A model generated the notes under the pieces. That model saw nothing but the letters and a program-made list of their open reading frames with translations. It was not told where the DNA came from and did no database searches. From Macrostomum lignano (lineage: Eukaryota), in assembly GCA_002269645.1 (NCBI GenBank), contig NIVC01004446.1:1-45664 (forward strand): a stretch of 45,664 nucleotides of DNA, given 5' to 3'. Below are positions 9,701 through 24,700 of the stretch, piece after piece. Positions within the stretch are counted from its first letter, which is position 1; the number at the start of each line of letters is the position of its first letter. A program made the position numbers and the translations under genes.

Positions 9701-12700
9701 CTTATTGTACAACCGCACAGCCTGAATGTCAGGAGTGTTGAAAGCGAGCTGGATCCGACCGACAATGGTGGCTTCTGGACTGCCTGCAGACGTTTCAATT
9801 TCAATCAGGATGTTCTCGTTCGGATTGGCAAACGACGAAGGCGTCGGTCTGTTTAGGTTGAATGGAACAGGCGAAGACAGACGCAAGTAGTTCAACTCAG
9901 AGGTGGCGTAACCGCCAAGCTGGGTTCCGTTGAGGATGCGCATTGCTGATAACGGAATCACGGTCTCGTCAGCCAGACCATCAAAATCATGCAAATTCCA
10001 GGTTGAGTAGTTGTTGCCGTCGTCGTTGTCGTTGTCGTTGTCCTAGGAGTAGTAGTGGTGCTCGCTGTTGTTGTTGTTGTGCTGGGCGTTGTTGTTGTCG
10101 GCGTAGTTGTAGTTGTGCTCGGTGTCGTGGTAGTTGATGTTGTTGTTGTGCTCGTTGTGCTTCTCGGTGTTGTTGTCAGCTTTGTGAAGCAGCCTAGCAT
10201 GCTGACTTGAATCGGGATCCTGTTACCGCCCTCGTTTTTGAAATTAAAAACCAGAGCGATTCGATAAGCTTCCAAGCCCAATCCACCAACAGAGGCGCAC
10301 GAGATGAAGTCGAACATGCAGGTGGCTACTTCAGCGCACCGACAGCCAGTTTGACTGAAGTGAATGGAGACACCGCGTCTGTTGCATACTTTAGCTCCAT
10401 TGACGTAATGAATCCTGGACTTGTCGTTGAAATCGATATTAGTCCGATGATCGAGTTACTAAGATCGTCTCCGCTGACGTTGAAATCGAACTGAATGCTA
10501 TCCGTTGCTGTCGACGGTGTTGCCACACGGTTTATATTCAGTCCTGTGCTAGTCGGACGCAGCAGGTCGTACTCGACGTCGGAATCAGTCCAACGCCCTG
10601 AGTGGAGGCGCTCACCGTGATGTCGCTCACACTTATTATGCTGCTGTCGGCCATGAGATTTGTGTCAAGACAACGAGTGAAGCTTGTAGTCGACTTGCTC
10701 TTCACGCCTTCTGTAGTGGTAGACGTGCTAGATGTCGTCGTTGTCGTTGTCGGCGTAGTCGTGGTCGACGTCGACGTCGTCGGAGTTGTTGTAGTAGTAG
10801 GCGTTGTCGTAGTAGTGGTAGGCGTTGTCGTAGTAGTCGTCGGCGTTGTCGTAGTAGTCGTCGGCGTTGTCGTAGTAGTCGTCGGCGTTGTTGTTGTTGT
10901 GGTAGGCGTTGTCGTAGTAGTCGTAGGCGTTGTTGTTGTTGTGGTGGTGGTTTGTGTCGTCTTTTGTGGGAAGCAGCCATATATTCCGATCTGTATGTCA
11001 ACAGAATTCCGATCGGTCACTGAATTGTAGAAAATCTCAAATCGCATCACCGTCGAGTTGATGGTCGAAGGCGTCGGCGGGATGCAGGCAAGCAGATTTG
11101 ACTTGCACGCGGTGAGGTTCGCGCCAGAGAAGAAGTAAGTGTCCCAGGTGACTTGCGTGTACGTCTGCTTATTGTACAACCGCACAGCCTGAATGTCAGG
11201 AGTGTTGAAAGCGAGCTGGATCCGACCGACAATGGTGGCTTCTGGACTGCCTGCAGACGTTTCAATTTCAATCAGGATGTTCTCGTTCGGATTGCAAACG
11301 ACGAAGGCGTCGGTCTGTTTAGGTTGAATGGAACAGGCGAAGACAGACGCAAGTAGTTCAACTCAGAGGTGGCGTAACCGCCAAGCTGGGTTCCGTTGAG
11401 GATGCGCATTGCTGATAACGGAATCACGGTCTCGTCAGCCAGACCATCAAAATCAATGCAAATTCCAGGTTGAGTAGTTGTTGCCGTCGTCGTTGTCGTT
11501 GTCGTTGTCCTAGGAGTAGTAGTGGTGCTCGCTGTTGTTGTTGTTGTGCTGGGCGTTGTTGTTGTCGGCGTAGTTGTAGTTGTGCTCGGTGTCGTGGTAG
11601 TTGATGTTGTTGTTGTGCTCGTTGTGCTTCTCGGTGTTGTTGTCAGCTTTGTGAAGCAGCCTAGCATGCTGACTTGAATCGGGATCCTGTTACCGCCCTC
11701 GTTTTTGAAATTAAAAACCAGAGCGATTCGATAAGCTTCCAAGCCCAATCCACCAACAGAGGCGCACGAGATGAAGTCGAACATGCAGGTGGCTACTTCA
11801 GCGGCACCGACAGCCAGTTTGACTGAAGTGAATGGAGACACCGCGTCTGTTGCATACTTTAGCTCCATTGACGTAATGAATCCTGGACTTGTCGTTGAAA
11901 TCGATATTAGTCCGATGATCGAGTTACTAAGATCGTCTCCGCTGACGTTGAAATCGAACTGAATGCTATCCGTTGCTGTCGACGGTGTTGCCACACGGTT
12001 TATATTCAGTCCTGTGCTAGTCGGACGCAGCAGGTCGTACTCGACGTCGGAATCAGTCCAACGCCCTGAGTGGAGGCGCTCACCGTGATGTCGCTCACAC
12101 TTATTATGCTGCTGTCGGCCATGAGATTTGTGTCAAGACAACGAGTGAAGCTTGTAGTCGACTTGCTCTTCACGCCTTCTGTAGTGGTAGACGTGCTAGA
12201 TGTCGTCGTTGTCGTTGTCGGCGTAGTCGTGGTCGACGTCGACGTCGTCGGAGTTGTTGTAGTAGTAGGCGTTGTCGTAGTAGTGGTAGGCGTTGTCGTA
12301 GTAGTCGTCGGCGTTGTCGTAGTAGTCGTCGGCGTTGTCGTAGTAGTCGTCGGCGTTGTTGTTGTTGTGGTAGGCGTTGTCGTAGTAGTCGTAGGCGTTG
12401 TTGTTGTTGTGGTGGTGGTTTGTGTCGTCTTTTGTGGGAAGCAGCCATATATTCCGATCTGTATGTCAACAGAATTCCGATCGGTCACTGAATTGTAGAA
12501 AATCTCAAATCGCATCACCGTCGAGTTGATGGTCGAAGGCGTCGGCGGGATGCAGGCAAGCAGATTTGACTTGCACGCGGTGAGGTTCGCGCCAGAGAAG
12601 AAGTAAGTGTCCCAGGTGACTTGCGTGTACGTCTGCTTATTGTACAACCGCACAGCCTGAATGTCAGGAGTGTTGAAAGCGAGCTGGATCCGACCGACAA

Positions 12701-15700
12701 TGGTGGCTTCTGGACTGCCTGCAGACGTTTCAATTTCAATCAGGATGTTCTCGTTCGGATTGCAAACGACGAAGGCGTCGGTCTGTTTAGGTTGAATGGA
12801 ACAGGCGAAGACAGACGCAAGTAGTTCAACTCAGAGGTGGCGTAACCGCCAAGCTGGGTTCCGTTGAGGATGCGCATTGCTGATAACGGAATCACGGTCT
12901 CGTCAGCCAGACCATCAAAATCAATGCAAATTCCAGGTTGAGTAGTTGTTGCCGTCGTCGTTGTCGTTGTCGTTGTCCTAGGAGTAGTAGTGGTGCTCGC
13001 TGTTGTTGTTGTTGTGCTGGGCGTTGTTGTTGTCGGCGTAGTTGTAGTTGTGCTCGGTGTCGTGGTAGTTGATGTTGTTGTTGTGCTCGTTGTGCTTCTC
13101 GGTGTTGTTGTCAGCTTTGTGAAGCAGCCTAGCATGCTGACTTGAATCGGGATCCTGTTACCGCCCTCGTTTTTGAAATTAAAAACCAGAGCGATTCGAT
13201 AAGCTTCCAAGCCCAATCCACCAACAGAGGCGCACGAGATGAAGTCGAACATGCAGGTGGCTACTTCAGCGCACCGACAGCCAGTTTGACTGAAGTGAAT
13301 GGAGACACCGCGTCTGTTGCATACTTTAGCTCCATTGACGTAATGAATCCTGGACTTGTCGTTGAAATCGATATTAGTCCGATGATCGAGTTACTAAGAT
13401 CGTCTCCGCTGACGTTGAAATCGAACTGAATGCTATCCGTTGCTGTCGACGGTGTTGCCACACGGTTTATATTCAGTCCTGTGCTAGTCGGACGCAGCAG
13501 GTCGTACTCGACGTCGGAATCAGTCCAACGCCCTGAGTGGAGGCGCTCACCGTGATGTCGCTCACACTTATTATGCTGCTGTCGGCCATGAGATTTGTGT
13601 CAAGACAACGAGTGAAGCTTGTAGTCGACTTGCTCTTCACGCCTTCTGTAGTGGTAGACGTGCTAGATGTCGTCGTTGTCGTTGTCGGCGTAGTCGTGGT
13701 CGACGTCGACGTCGTCGGAGTTGTTGTAGTAGTAGGCGTTGTCGTAGTAGTGGTAGGCGTTGTCGTAGTAGTCGTCGGCGTTGTCGTAGTAGTCGTCGGC
13801 GTTGTCGTAGTAGTCGTCGGCGTTGTCGTAGTAGTCGTCGGCGTTGTTGTTGTTGTGGTAGGCGTTGTCGTAGTAGTCGTAGGCGTTGTTGTTGTTGTGG
13901 TGGCGGTTTGTGTCGTCTTTTGTGGGAAGCAGCCATATATTCCGATCTGTATGTCAACAGAATTCCGATCGGTCACTGAATTGTAGAAAATCTCAAATCG
14001 CATCACCGTCGAGTTGATGGTCGAAGGCGTCGGCGGGATGCAGGCAAGCAGATTTGACTTGCACGCGGTGAGGTTCGCGCCAGAGAAGAAGTAAGTGTCC
14101 CAGGTGACTTGCGTGTACGTCTGCTTATTGTACAACCGCACAGCCTGAATGTCAGGAGTGTTGAAAGCGAGCTGGATCCGACCGACAATGGTGGCTTCTG
14201 GACTGCCTGCAGACGTTTCAATTTCAATCAGGATGTTCTCGTTCGGATTGCAAACGACGAAGGCGTCGGTCTGTTTAGGTTGAATGGAACAGGCGAAGAC
14301 AGACGCAAGTAGTTCAACTCAGAGGTGGCGTAACCGCCAAGCTGGGTTCCGTTGAGGATGCGCATTGCTGATAACGGAATCACGGTCTCGTCAGCCAGAC
14401 CATCAAAATCATGCAAATTCCAGGTTGAGTAGTTGTTGCCGTCGTCGTTGTCGTTGTCGTTGTCCTAGGAGTAGTAGTGGTGCTCGCTGTTGTTGTTGTT
14501 GTGCTGGGCGTTGTTGTTGTCGGCGTAGTTGTAGTTGTGCTCGGTGTCGTGGTAGTTGATGTTGTTGTTGTGCTCGTTGTGCTTCTCGGTGTTGTTGTCA
14601 GCTTTGTGAAGCAGCCTAGCATGCTGACTTGAATCGGGATCCTGTTACCGCCCTCGTTTTTGAAATTAAAAACCAGAGCGATTCGATAAGCTTCCAAGCC
14701 CAATCCACCAACAGAGGCGCACGAGATGAAGTCGAACATGCAGGTGGCTACTTCAGCGCACCGACAGCCAGTTTGACTGAAGTGAATGGAGACACCGCGT
14801 CTGTTGCATACTTTAGCTCCATTGACGTAATGAATCCTGGACTTGTCGTTGAAATCGATATTAGTCCGATGATCGAGTTACTAAGATCGTCTCCGCTGAC
14901 GTTGAAATCGAACTGAATGCTATCCGTTGCTGTCGACGGTGTTGCCACACGGTTTATATTCAGTCCTGTGCTAGTCGGACGCAGCAGGTCGTACTCGACG
15001 TCGGAATCAGTCCAACGCCCTGAGTGGAGGCGCTCACCGTGATGTCGCTCACACTTATTATGCTGCTGTCGGCCATGAGATTTGTGTCAAGACAACGAGT
15101 GAAGCTTGTAGTCGACTTGCTCTTCACGCCTTCTGTAGTGGTAGACGTGCTAGATGTCGTCGTTGTCGTTGTCGGCGTAGTCGTGGTCGACGTCGACGTC
15201 GTCGGAGTTGTTGTAGTAGTAGGCGTTGTCGTAGTAGTGGTAGGCGTTGTCGTAGTAGTCGTCGGCGTTGTCGTAGTAGTCGTCGGCGTTGTCGTAGTAG
15301 TCGTCGGCGTTGTTGTTGTTGTGGTAGGCGTTGTCGTAGTAGTCGTAGGCGTTGTTGTTGTTGTGGTGGCGGTTTGTGTCGTCTTTTGTGGGAAGCAGCC
15401 ATATATTCCGATCTGTATGTCAACAGAATTCCGATCGGTCACTGAATTGTAGAAAATCTCAAATCGCATCACCGTCGAGTTGATGGTCGAAGGCGTCGGC
15501 GGGATGCAGGCAAGCAGATTTGACTTGCACGCGGTGAGGTTCGCGCCAGAGAAGAAGTAAGTGTCCCAGGTGACTTGCGTGTACGTCTGCTTATTGTACA
15601 ACCGCACAGCCTGAATGTCAGGAGTGTTGAAAGCGAGCTGGATCCGACCGACAATGGTGGCTTCTGGACTGCCTGCAGACGTTTCAATTTCAATCAGGAT

Positions 15701-18700
15701 GTTCTCGTTCGGATTGCAAACGACGAAGGCGTCGGTCTGTTTAGGTTGAATGGAACAGGCGAAGACAGACGCAAGTAGTTCAACTCAGAGGTGGCGTAAC
15801 CGCCAAGCTGGGTTCCGTTGAGGATGCGCATTGCTGATAACGGAATCACGGTCTCGTCAGCCAGACCATCAAAATCATGCAAATTCCAGGTTGAGTAGTT
15901 GTTGCCGTCGTCGTTGTCGTTGTCGTTGTCCTAGGAGTAGTAGTGGTGCTCGCTGTTGTTGTTGTTGTGCTGGGCGTTGTTGTTGTCGGCGTAGTTGTAG
16001 TTGTGCTCGGTGTCGTGGTAGTTGATGTTGTTGTTGTGCTCGTTGTGCTTCTCGGTGTTGTTGTCAGCTTTGTGAAGCAGCCTAGCATGCTGACTTGAAT
16101 CGGGATCCTGTTACCGCCCTCGTTTTTGAAATTAAAAACCAGAGCGATTCGATAAGCTTCCAAGCCCAATCCACCAACAGAGGCGCACGAGATGAAGTCG
16201 AACATGCAGGTGGCTACTTCAGCGCACCGACAGCCAGTTTGACTGAAGTGAATGGAGACACCGCGTCTGTTGCATACTTTAGCTCCATTGACGTAATGAA
16301 TCCTGGACTTGTCGTTGAAATCGATATTAGTCCGATGATCGAGTTACTAAGATCGTCTCCGCTGACGTTGAAATCGAACTGAATGCTATCCGTTGCTGTC
16401 GACGGTGTTGCCACACGGTTTATATTCAGTCCTGTGCTAGTCGGACGCAGCAGGTCGTACTCAGACGTCGGAATCAGTCCAACGCCCTGAGTGGAGGCGC
16501 TCACCGTGATGTCGCTCACACTTATTATGCTGCTGTCGGCCATGAGATTTGTGTCAAGACAACGAGTGAAGCTTGTAGTCGACTTGCTCTTCACGCCTTC
16601 TGTAGTGGTAGACGTGCTAGATGTCGTCGTTGTCGTTGTCGGCGTAGTCGTGGTCGACGTCGACGTCGTCGGAGTTGTTGTAGTAGTAGGCGTTGTCGTA
16701 GTAGTGGTAGGCGTTGTCGTAGTAGTCGTTTGTCGTAGTAGTCGTTGTCGTAGTAGTCGTCGGCGTTGTCGTAGTAGTCGTAGGCGTTGTTGTTGTTGTG
16801 GTGGCGGTTTGTGTCGTCTTTTGTGGGAAGCAGCCATATATTCCGATCTGTATGTCAACAGAATTCCGATCGGTCACTGAATTGTAGAAAATCTCAAATC
16901 GCATCACCGTCGAGTTGATGGTCGAAGGCGTCGGCGGGATGCAGGCAAGCAGATTTGACTTGCACGCGGTGAGGTTCGCGCCAGAGAAGAAGTAAGTGTC
17001 CCAGGTGACTTGCGTGTACGTCTGCTTATTGTACAACCGCACAGCCTGAATGTCAGGAGTGTTGAAAGCGAGCTGGATCCGACCGACAATGGTGGCTTCT
17101 GGACTGCCTGCAGACGTTTCAATTTCAATCAGGATGTTCTCGTTCGGATTCGCAAACGACGAAGGCGTCGGTCTGTTTAGGTTGAATGGAACAGGCGAAG
17201 ACAGACGCAAGTAGTTCAACTCAGAGGTGGCGTAACCGCCAAGCTGGGTTCCGTTGAGGATGCGCATTGCTGATAACGGAATCACGGTCTCGTCAGCCAG
17301 ACCATCAAAATCATGCAAATTCCAGGTTGAGTAGTTGTTGCCGTCGTCGTTGTCGTTGTCGTTGTCCTAGGAGTAGTAGTGGTGCTCGCTGTTGTTGTTG
17401 TTGTGCTGGGCGTTGTTGTTGTCGGCGTAGTTGTAGTTGTGCTCGGTGTCGTGGTAGTTGATGTTGTTGTTGTGCTCGTTGTGCTTCTCGGTGTTGTTGT
17501 CAGCTTTGTGAAGCAGCCTAGCATGCTGACTTGAATCGGGATCCTGTTACCGCCCTCGTTTTTGAAATTAAAAACCAGAGCGATTCGATAAGCTTCCAAG
17601 CCCAATCCACCAACAGAGGCGCACGAGATGAAGTCGAACATGCAGGTGGCTACTTCAGCGCACCGACAGCCAGTTTGACTGAAGTGAATGGAGACACCGC
17701 GTCTGTTGCATACTTTAGCTCCATTGACGTAATGAATCCTGGACTTGTCGTTGAAATCGATATTAGTCCGATGATCGAGTTACTAAGATCGTCTCCGCTG
17801 ACGTTGAAATCGAACTGAATGCTATCCGTTGCTGTCGACGGTGTTGCCACACGGTTTATATTCAGTCCTGTGCTAGTCGGACGCAGCAGGTCGTACTCAC
17901 GTCGGAATCAGTCCAACGCCCTGAGTGGAGGCGCTCACCGTGATGTCGCTCACACTTATTATGCTGCTGTCGGCCATGAGATTTGTGTCAAGACAACGAG
18001 TGAAGCTTGTAGTCGACTTGCTCTTCACGCCTTCTGTAGTGGTAGACGTGCTAGATGTCGTCGTTGTCGTTGTCGGCGTAGTCGTGGTCGACGTCGACGT
18101 CGTCGGAGTTGTTGTAGTAGTAGGCGTTGTCGTAGTAGTGGTAGGCGTTGTCGTAGTAGTCGTCGGCGTTGTCGTAGTAGTCGTCGGCGTTGTCGTAGTA
18201 GTCGTCGGCGTTGTCGTAGTAGTCGTCGGCGTTGTTGTTGTTGTGGTAGGCGTTGTCGTAGTAGTCGTAGGCGTTGTTGTTGTTGTGGTGGCGGTTTGTG
18301 TCGTCTTTTGTGGGAAGCAGCCATATATTCCGATCTGTATGTCAACAGAATTCCGATCGGTCACTGAATTGTAGAAAATCTCAAATCGCATCACCGTCGA
18401 GTTGATGGTCGAAGGCGTCGGCGGGATGCAGGCAAGCAGATTTGACTTGCACGCGGTGAGGTTCGCGCCAGAGAAGAAGTAAGTGTCCCAGGTGACTTGC
18501 GTGTACGTCTGCTTATTGTACAACCGCACAGCCTGAATGTCAGGAGTGTTGAAAGCGAGCTGGATCCGACCGACAATGGTGGCTTCTGGACTGCCTGCAG
18601 ACGTTTCAATTTCAATCAGGATGTTCTCGTTCGGATTCGCAAACGACGAAGGCGTCGGTCTGTTTAGGTTGAATGGAACAGGCGAAGACAGACGCAAGTA

Positions 18701-21700
18701 GTTCAACTCAGAGGTGGCGTAACCGCCAAGCTGGGTTCCGTTGAGGATGCGCATTGCTGATAACGGAATCACGGTCTCGTCAGCCAGACCATCAAAATCG
18801 ATGCAAATTCCAGGTTGAGTAGTTGTTGCCGTCGTCGTTGTCGTTGTCGTTGTCCTAGGAGTAGTAGTGGTGCTCGCTGTTGTTGTTGTTGTGCTGGGCG
18901 TTGTTGTTGTCGGCGTAGTTGTAGTTGTGCTCGGTGTCGTGGTAGTTGATGTTGTTGTTGTGCTCGTTGTGCTTCTCGGTGTTGTTGTCAGCTTTGTGAA
19001 GCAGCCTAGCATGCTGACTTGAATCGGGATCCTGTTACCGCCCTCGTTTTTGAAATTAAAAACCAGAGCGATTCGATAAGCTTCCAAGCCCAATCCACCA
19101 ACAGAGGCGCACGAGATGAAGTCGAACATGCAGGTGGCTACTTCAGCGCACCGACAGCCAGTTTGACTGAAGTGAATGGAGACACCGCGTCTGTTGCATA
19201 CTTTAGCTCCATTGACGTAATGAATCCTGGACTTGTCGTTGAAATCGATATTAGTCCGATGATCGAGTTACTAAGATCGTCTCCGCTGACGTTGAAATCG
19301 AACTGAATGCTATCCGTTGCTGTCGACGGTGTTGCCACACGGTTTATATTCAGTCCTGTGCTAGTCGGACGCAGCAGGTCGTACTCAGACGTCGGAATCA
19401 GTCCAACGCCCTGAGTGGAGGCGCTCACCGTGATGTCGCTCACACTTATTATGCTGCTGTCGGCCATGAGATTTGTGTCAAGACAACGAGTGAAGCTTGT
19501 AGTCGACTTGCTCTTCACGCCTTCTGTAGTGGTAGACGTGCTAGATGTCGTCGTTGTCGTTGTCGGCGTAGTCGTGGTCGACGTCGACGTCGTCGGAGTT
19601 GTTGTAGTAGTAGGCGTTGTCGTAGTAGTGGTAGGCGTTGTCGTAGTAGTCGTCGGCGTTGTCGTAGTAGTCGTCGGCGTTGTCGTAGTAGTCGTCGGCG
19701 TTGTTGTTGTTGTGGTAGGCGTTGTCGTAGTAGTCGTAGGCGTTGTTGTTGTTGTGGTGGCGGTTTGTGTCGTCTTTTGTGGGAAGCAGCCATATATTCC
19801 GATCTGTATGTCAACAGAATTCCGATCGGTCACTGAATTGTAGAAAATCTCAAATCGCATCACCGTCGAGTTGATGGTCGAAGGCGTCGGCGGGATGCAG
19901 GCAAGCAGATTTGACTTGCACGCGGTGAGGTTCGCGCCAGAGAAGAAGTAAGTGTCCCAGGTGACTTGCGTGTACGTCTGCTTATTGTACAACCGCACAG
20001 CCTGAATGTCAGGAGTGTTGAAAGCGAGCTGGATCCGACCGACAATGGTGGCTTCTGGACTGCCTGCAGACGTTTCAATTTCAATCAGGATGTTCTCGTT
20101 CGGATTCGCAAACGACGAAGGCGTCGGTCTGTTTAGGTTGAATGGAACAGGCGAAGACAGACGCAAGTAGTTCAACTCAGAGGTGGCGTAACCGCCAAGC
20201 TGGGTTCCGTTGAGGATGCGCATTGCTGATAACGGAATCACGGTCTCGTCAGCCAGACCATCAAAATCATGCAAATTCCAGGTTGAGTAGTTGTTGCCGT
20301 CGTCGTTGTCGTTGTCGTTGTCCTAGGAGTAGTAGTGGTGCTCGCTGTTGTTGTTGTTGTGCTGGGCGTTGTTGTTGTCGGCGTAGTTGTAGTTGTGCTC
20401 GGTGTCGTGGTAGTTGATGTTGTTGTTGTGCTCGTTGTGCTTCTCGGTGTTGTTGTCAGCTTTGTGAAGCAGCCTAGCATGCTGACTTGAATCGGGATCC
20501 TGTTACCGCCCTCGTTTTTGAAATTAAAAACCAGAGCGATTCGATAAGCTTCCAAGCCCAATCCACCAACAGAGGCGCACGAGATGAAGTCGAACATGCA
20601 GGTGGCTACTTCAGCGCACCGACAGCCAGTTTGACTGAAGTGAATGGAGACACCGCGTCTGTTGCATACTTTAGCTCCATTGACGTAATGAATCCTGGAC
20701 TTGTCGTTGAAATCGATATTAGTCCGATGATCGAGTTACTAAGATCGTCTCCGCTGACGTTGAAATCGAACTGAATGCTATCCGTTGCTGTCGACGGTGT
20801 TGCCACACGGTTTATATTCAGTCCTGTGCTAGTCGGACGCAGCAGGTCGTACTCAGACGTCGGAATCAGTCCAACGCCCTGAGTGGAGGCGCTCACCGTG
20901 ATGTCGCTCACACTTATTATGCTGCTGTCGGCCATGAGATTTGTGTCAAGACAACGAGTGAAGCTTGTAGTCGACTTGCTCTTCACGCCTTCTGTAGTGG
21001 TAGACGTGCTAGATGTCGTCGTTGTCGTTGTCGGCGTAGTCGTGGTCGACGTCGACGTCGTCGGAGTTGTTGTAGTAGTAGGCGTTGTCGTAGTAGTGGT
21101 AGGCGTTGTCGTAGTAGTCGTCGGCGTTGTCGTAGTAGTCGTCGGCGTTGTCGTAGTAGTCGTCGGCGTTGTCGTAGTAGTCGTCGGCGTTGTTGTTGTT
21201 GTGGTAGGCGTTGTCGTAGTAGTCGTAGGCGTTGTTGTTGTTGTGGTGGCGGTTTGTGTCGTCTTTTGTGGGAAGCAGCCATATATTCCGATCTGTATGT
21301 CAACAGAATTCCGATCGGTCACTGAATTGTAGAAAATCTCAAATCGCATCACCGTCGAGTTGATGGTCGAAGGCGTCGGCGGGATGCAGGCAAGCAGATT
21401 TGACTTGCACGCGGTGAGGTTCGCGCCAGAGAAGAAGTAAGTGTCCCAGGTGACTTGCGTGTACGTCTGCTTATTGTACAACCGCACAGCCTGAATGTCA
21501 GGAGTGTTGAAAGCGAGCTGGATCCGACCGACAATGGTGGCTTCTGGACTGCCTGCAGACGTTTCAATTTCAATCAGGATGTTCTCGTTCGGATTCGCAA
21601 ACGACGAAGGCGTCGGTCTGTTTAGGTTGAATGGAACAGGCGAAGACAGACGCAAGTAGTTCAACTCAGAGGTGGCGTAACCGCCAAGCTGGGTTCCGTT

Positions 21701-24700
21701 GAGGATGCGCATTGCTGATAACGGAATCACGGTCTCGTCAGCCAGACCATCAAAATCGATGCAAATTCCAGGTTGAGTAGTTGTTGCCGTCGTCGTTGTC
21801 GTTGTCGTTGTCCTAGGAGTAGTAGTGGTGCTCGCTGTTGTTGTTGTTGTGCTGGGCGTTGTTGTTGTCGGCGTAGTTGTAGTTGTGCTCGGTGTCGTGG
21901 TAGTTGATGTTGTTGTTGTGCTCGTTGTGCTTCTCGGTGTTGTTGTCAGCTTTGTGAAGCAGCCTAGCATGCTGACTTGAATCGGGATCCTGTTACCGCC
22001 CTCGTTTTTGAAATTAAAAACCAGAGCGATTCGATAAGCTTCCAAGCCCAATCCACCAACAGAGGCGCACGAGATGAAGTCGAACATGCAGGTGGCTACT
22101 TCAGCGCACCGACAGCCAGTTTGACTGAAGTGAATGGAGACACCGCGTCTGTTGCATACTTTAGCTCCATTGACGTAATGAATCCTGGACTTGTCGTTGA
22201 AATCGATATTAGTCCGATGATCGAGTTACTAAGATCGTCTCCGCTGACGTTGAAATCGAACTGAATGCTATCCGTTGCTGTCGACGGTGTTGCCACACGG
22301 TTTATATTCAGTCCTGTGCTAGTCGGACGCAGCAGGTCGTACTCAGACGTCGGAATCAGTCCAACGCCCTGAGTGGAGGCGCTCACCGTGATGTCGCTCA
22401 CACTTATTATGCTGCTGTCGGCCATGAGATTTGTGTCAAGACAACGAGTGAAGCTTGTAGTCGACTTGCTCTTCACGCCTTCTGTAGTGGTAGACGTGCT
22501 AGATGTCGTCGTTGTCGTTGTCGGCGTAGTCGTGGTCGACGTCGACGTCGTCGGAGTTGTTGTAGTAGTAGGCGTTGTCGTAGTAGTGGTAGGCGTTGTC
22601 GTAGTAGTCGTCGGCGTTGTCGTAGTAGTCGTCGGCGTTGTCGTAGTAGTCGTCGGCGTTGTTGTTGTTGTGGTAGGCGTTGTCGTAGTAGTCGTAGGCG
22701 TTGTTGTTGTTGTGGTGGCGGTTTGTGTCGTCTTTTGTGGGAAGCAGCCATATATTCCGATCTGTATGTCAACAGAATTCCGATCGGTCACTGAATTGTA
22801 GAAAATCTCAAATCGCATCACCGTCGAGTTGATGGTCGAAGGCGTCGGCGGGATGCAGGCAAGCAGATTTGACTTGCACGCGGTGAGGTTCGCGCCAGAG
22901 AAGAAGTAAGTGTCCCAGGTGACTTGCGTGTACGTCTGCTTATTGTACAACCGCACAGCCTGAATGTCAGGAGTGTTGAAAGCGAGCTGGATCCGACCGA
23001 CAATGGTGGCTTCTGGACTGCCTGCAGACGTTTCAATTTCAATCAGGATGTTCTCGTTCGGATTCGCAAACGACGAAGGCGTCGGTCTGTTTAGGTTGAA
23101 TGGAACAGGCGAAGACAGACGCAAGTAGTTCAACTCAGAGGTGGCGTAACCGCCAAGCTGGGTTCCGTTGAGGATGCGCATTGCTGATAACGGAATCACG
23201 GTCTCGTCAGCCAGACCATCAAAATCGATGCAAATTCCAGGTTGAGTAGTTGTTGCCGTCGTCGTTGTCGTTGTCGTTGTCCTAGGAGTAGTAGTGGTGC
23301 TCGCTGTTGTTGTTGTTGTGCTGGGCGTTGTTGTTGTCGGCGTAGTTGTAGTTGTGCTCGGTGTCGTGGTAGTTGATGTTGTTGTTGTGCTCGTTGTGCT
23401 TCTCGGTGTTGTTGTCAGCTTTGTGAAGCAGCCTAGCATGCTGACTTGAATCGGGATCCTGTTACCGCCCTCGTTTTTGAAATTAAAAACCAGAGCGATT
23501 CGATAAGCTTCCAAGCCCAATCCACCAACAGAGGCGCACGAGATGAAGTCGAACATGCAGGTGGCTACTTCAGCGCACCGACAGCCAGTTTGACTGAAGT
23601 GAATGGAGACACCGCGTCTGTTGCATACTTTAGCTCCATTGACGTAATGAATCCTGGACTTGTCGTTGAAATCGATATTAGTCCGATGATCGAGTTACTA
23701 AGATCGTCTCCGCTGACGTTGAAATCGAACTGAATGCTATCCGTTGCTGTCGACGGTGTTGCCACACGGTTTATATTCAGTCCTGTGCTAGTCGGACGCA
23801 GCAGGTCGTACTCAGACGTCGGAATCAGTCCAACGCCCTGAGTGGAGGCGCTCACCGTGATGTCGCTCACACTTATTATGCTGCTGTCGGCCATGAGATT
23901 TGTGTCAAGACAACGAGTGAAGCTTGTAGTCGACTTGCTCTTCACGCCTTCTGTAGTGGTAGACGTGCTAGATGTCGTCGTTGTCGTTGTCGGCGTAGTC
24001 GTGGTCGACGTCGACGTCGTCGGAGTTGTTGTAGTAGTAGGCGTTGTCGTAGTAGTGGTAGGCGTTGTCGTAGTAGTCGTCGGCGTTGTCGTAGTAGTCG
24101 TCGGCGTTGTCGTAGTAGTCGTCGGCGTTGTTGTTGTTGTGGTAGGCGTTGTCGTAGTAGTCGTAGGCGTTGTTGTTGTTGTGGTGGCGGTTTGTGTCGT
24201 CTTTTGTGGGAAGCAGCCATATATTCCGATCTGTATGTCAACAGAATTCCGATCGGTCACTGAATTGTAGAAAATCTCAAATCGCATCACCGTCGAGTTG
24301 ATGGTCGAAGGCGTCGGCGGGATGCAGGCAAGCAGATTTGACTTGCACGCGGTGAGGTTCGCGCCAGAGAAGAAGTAAGTGTCCCAGGTGACTTGCGTGT
24401 ACGTCTGCTTATTGTACAACCGCACAGCCTGAATGTCAGGAGTGTTGAAAGCGAGCTGGATCCGACCGACAATGGTGGCTTCTGGACTGCCTGCAGACGT
24501 TTCAATTTCAATCAGGATGTTCTCGTTCGGATTCGCAAACGACGAAGGCGTCGGTCTGTTTAGGTTGAATGGAACAGGCGAAGACAGACGCAAGTAGTTC
24601 AACTCAGAGGTGGCGTAACCGCCAAGCTGGGTTCCGTTGAGGATGCGCATTGCTGATAACGGAATCACGGTCTCGTCAGCCAGACCATCAAAATCGATGC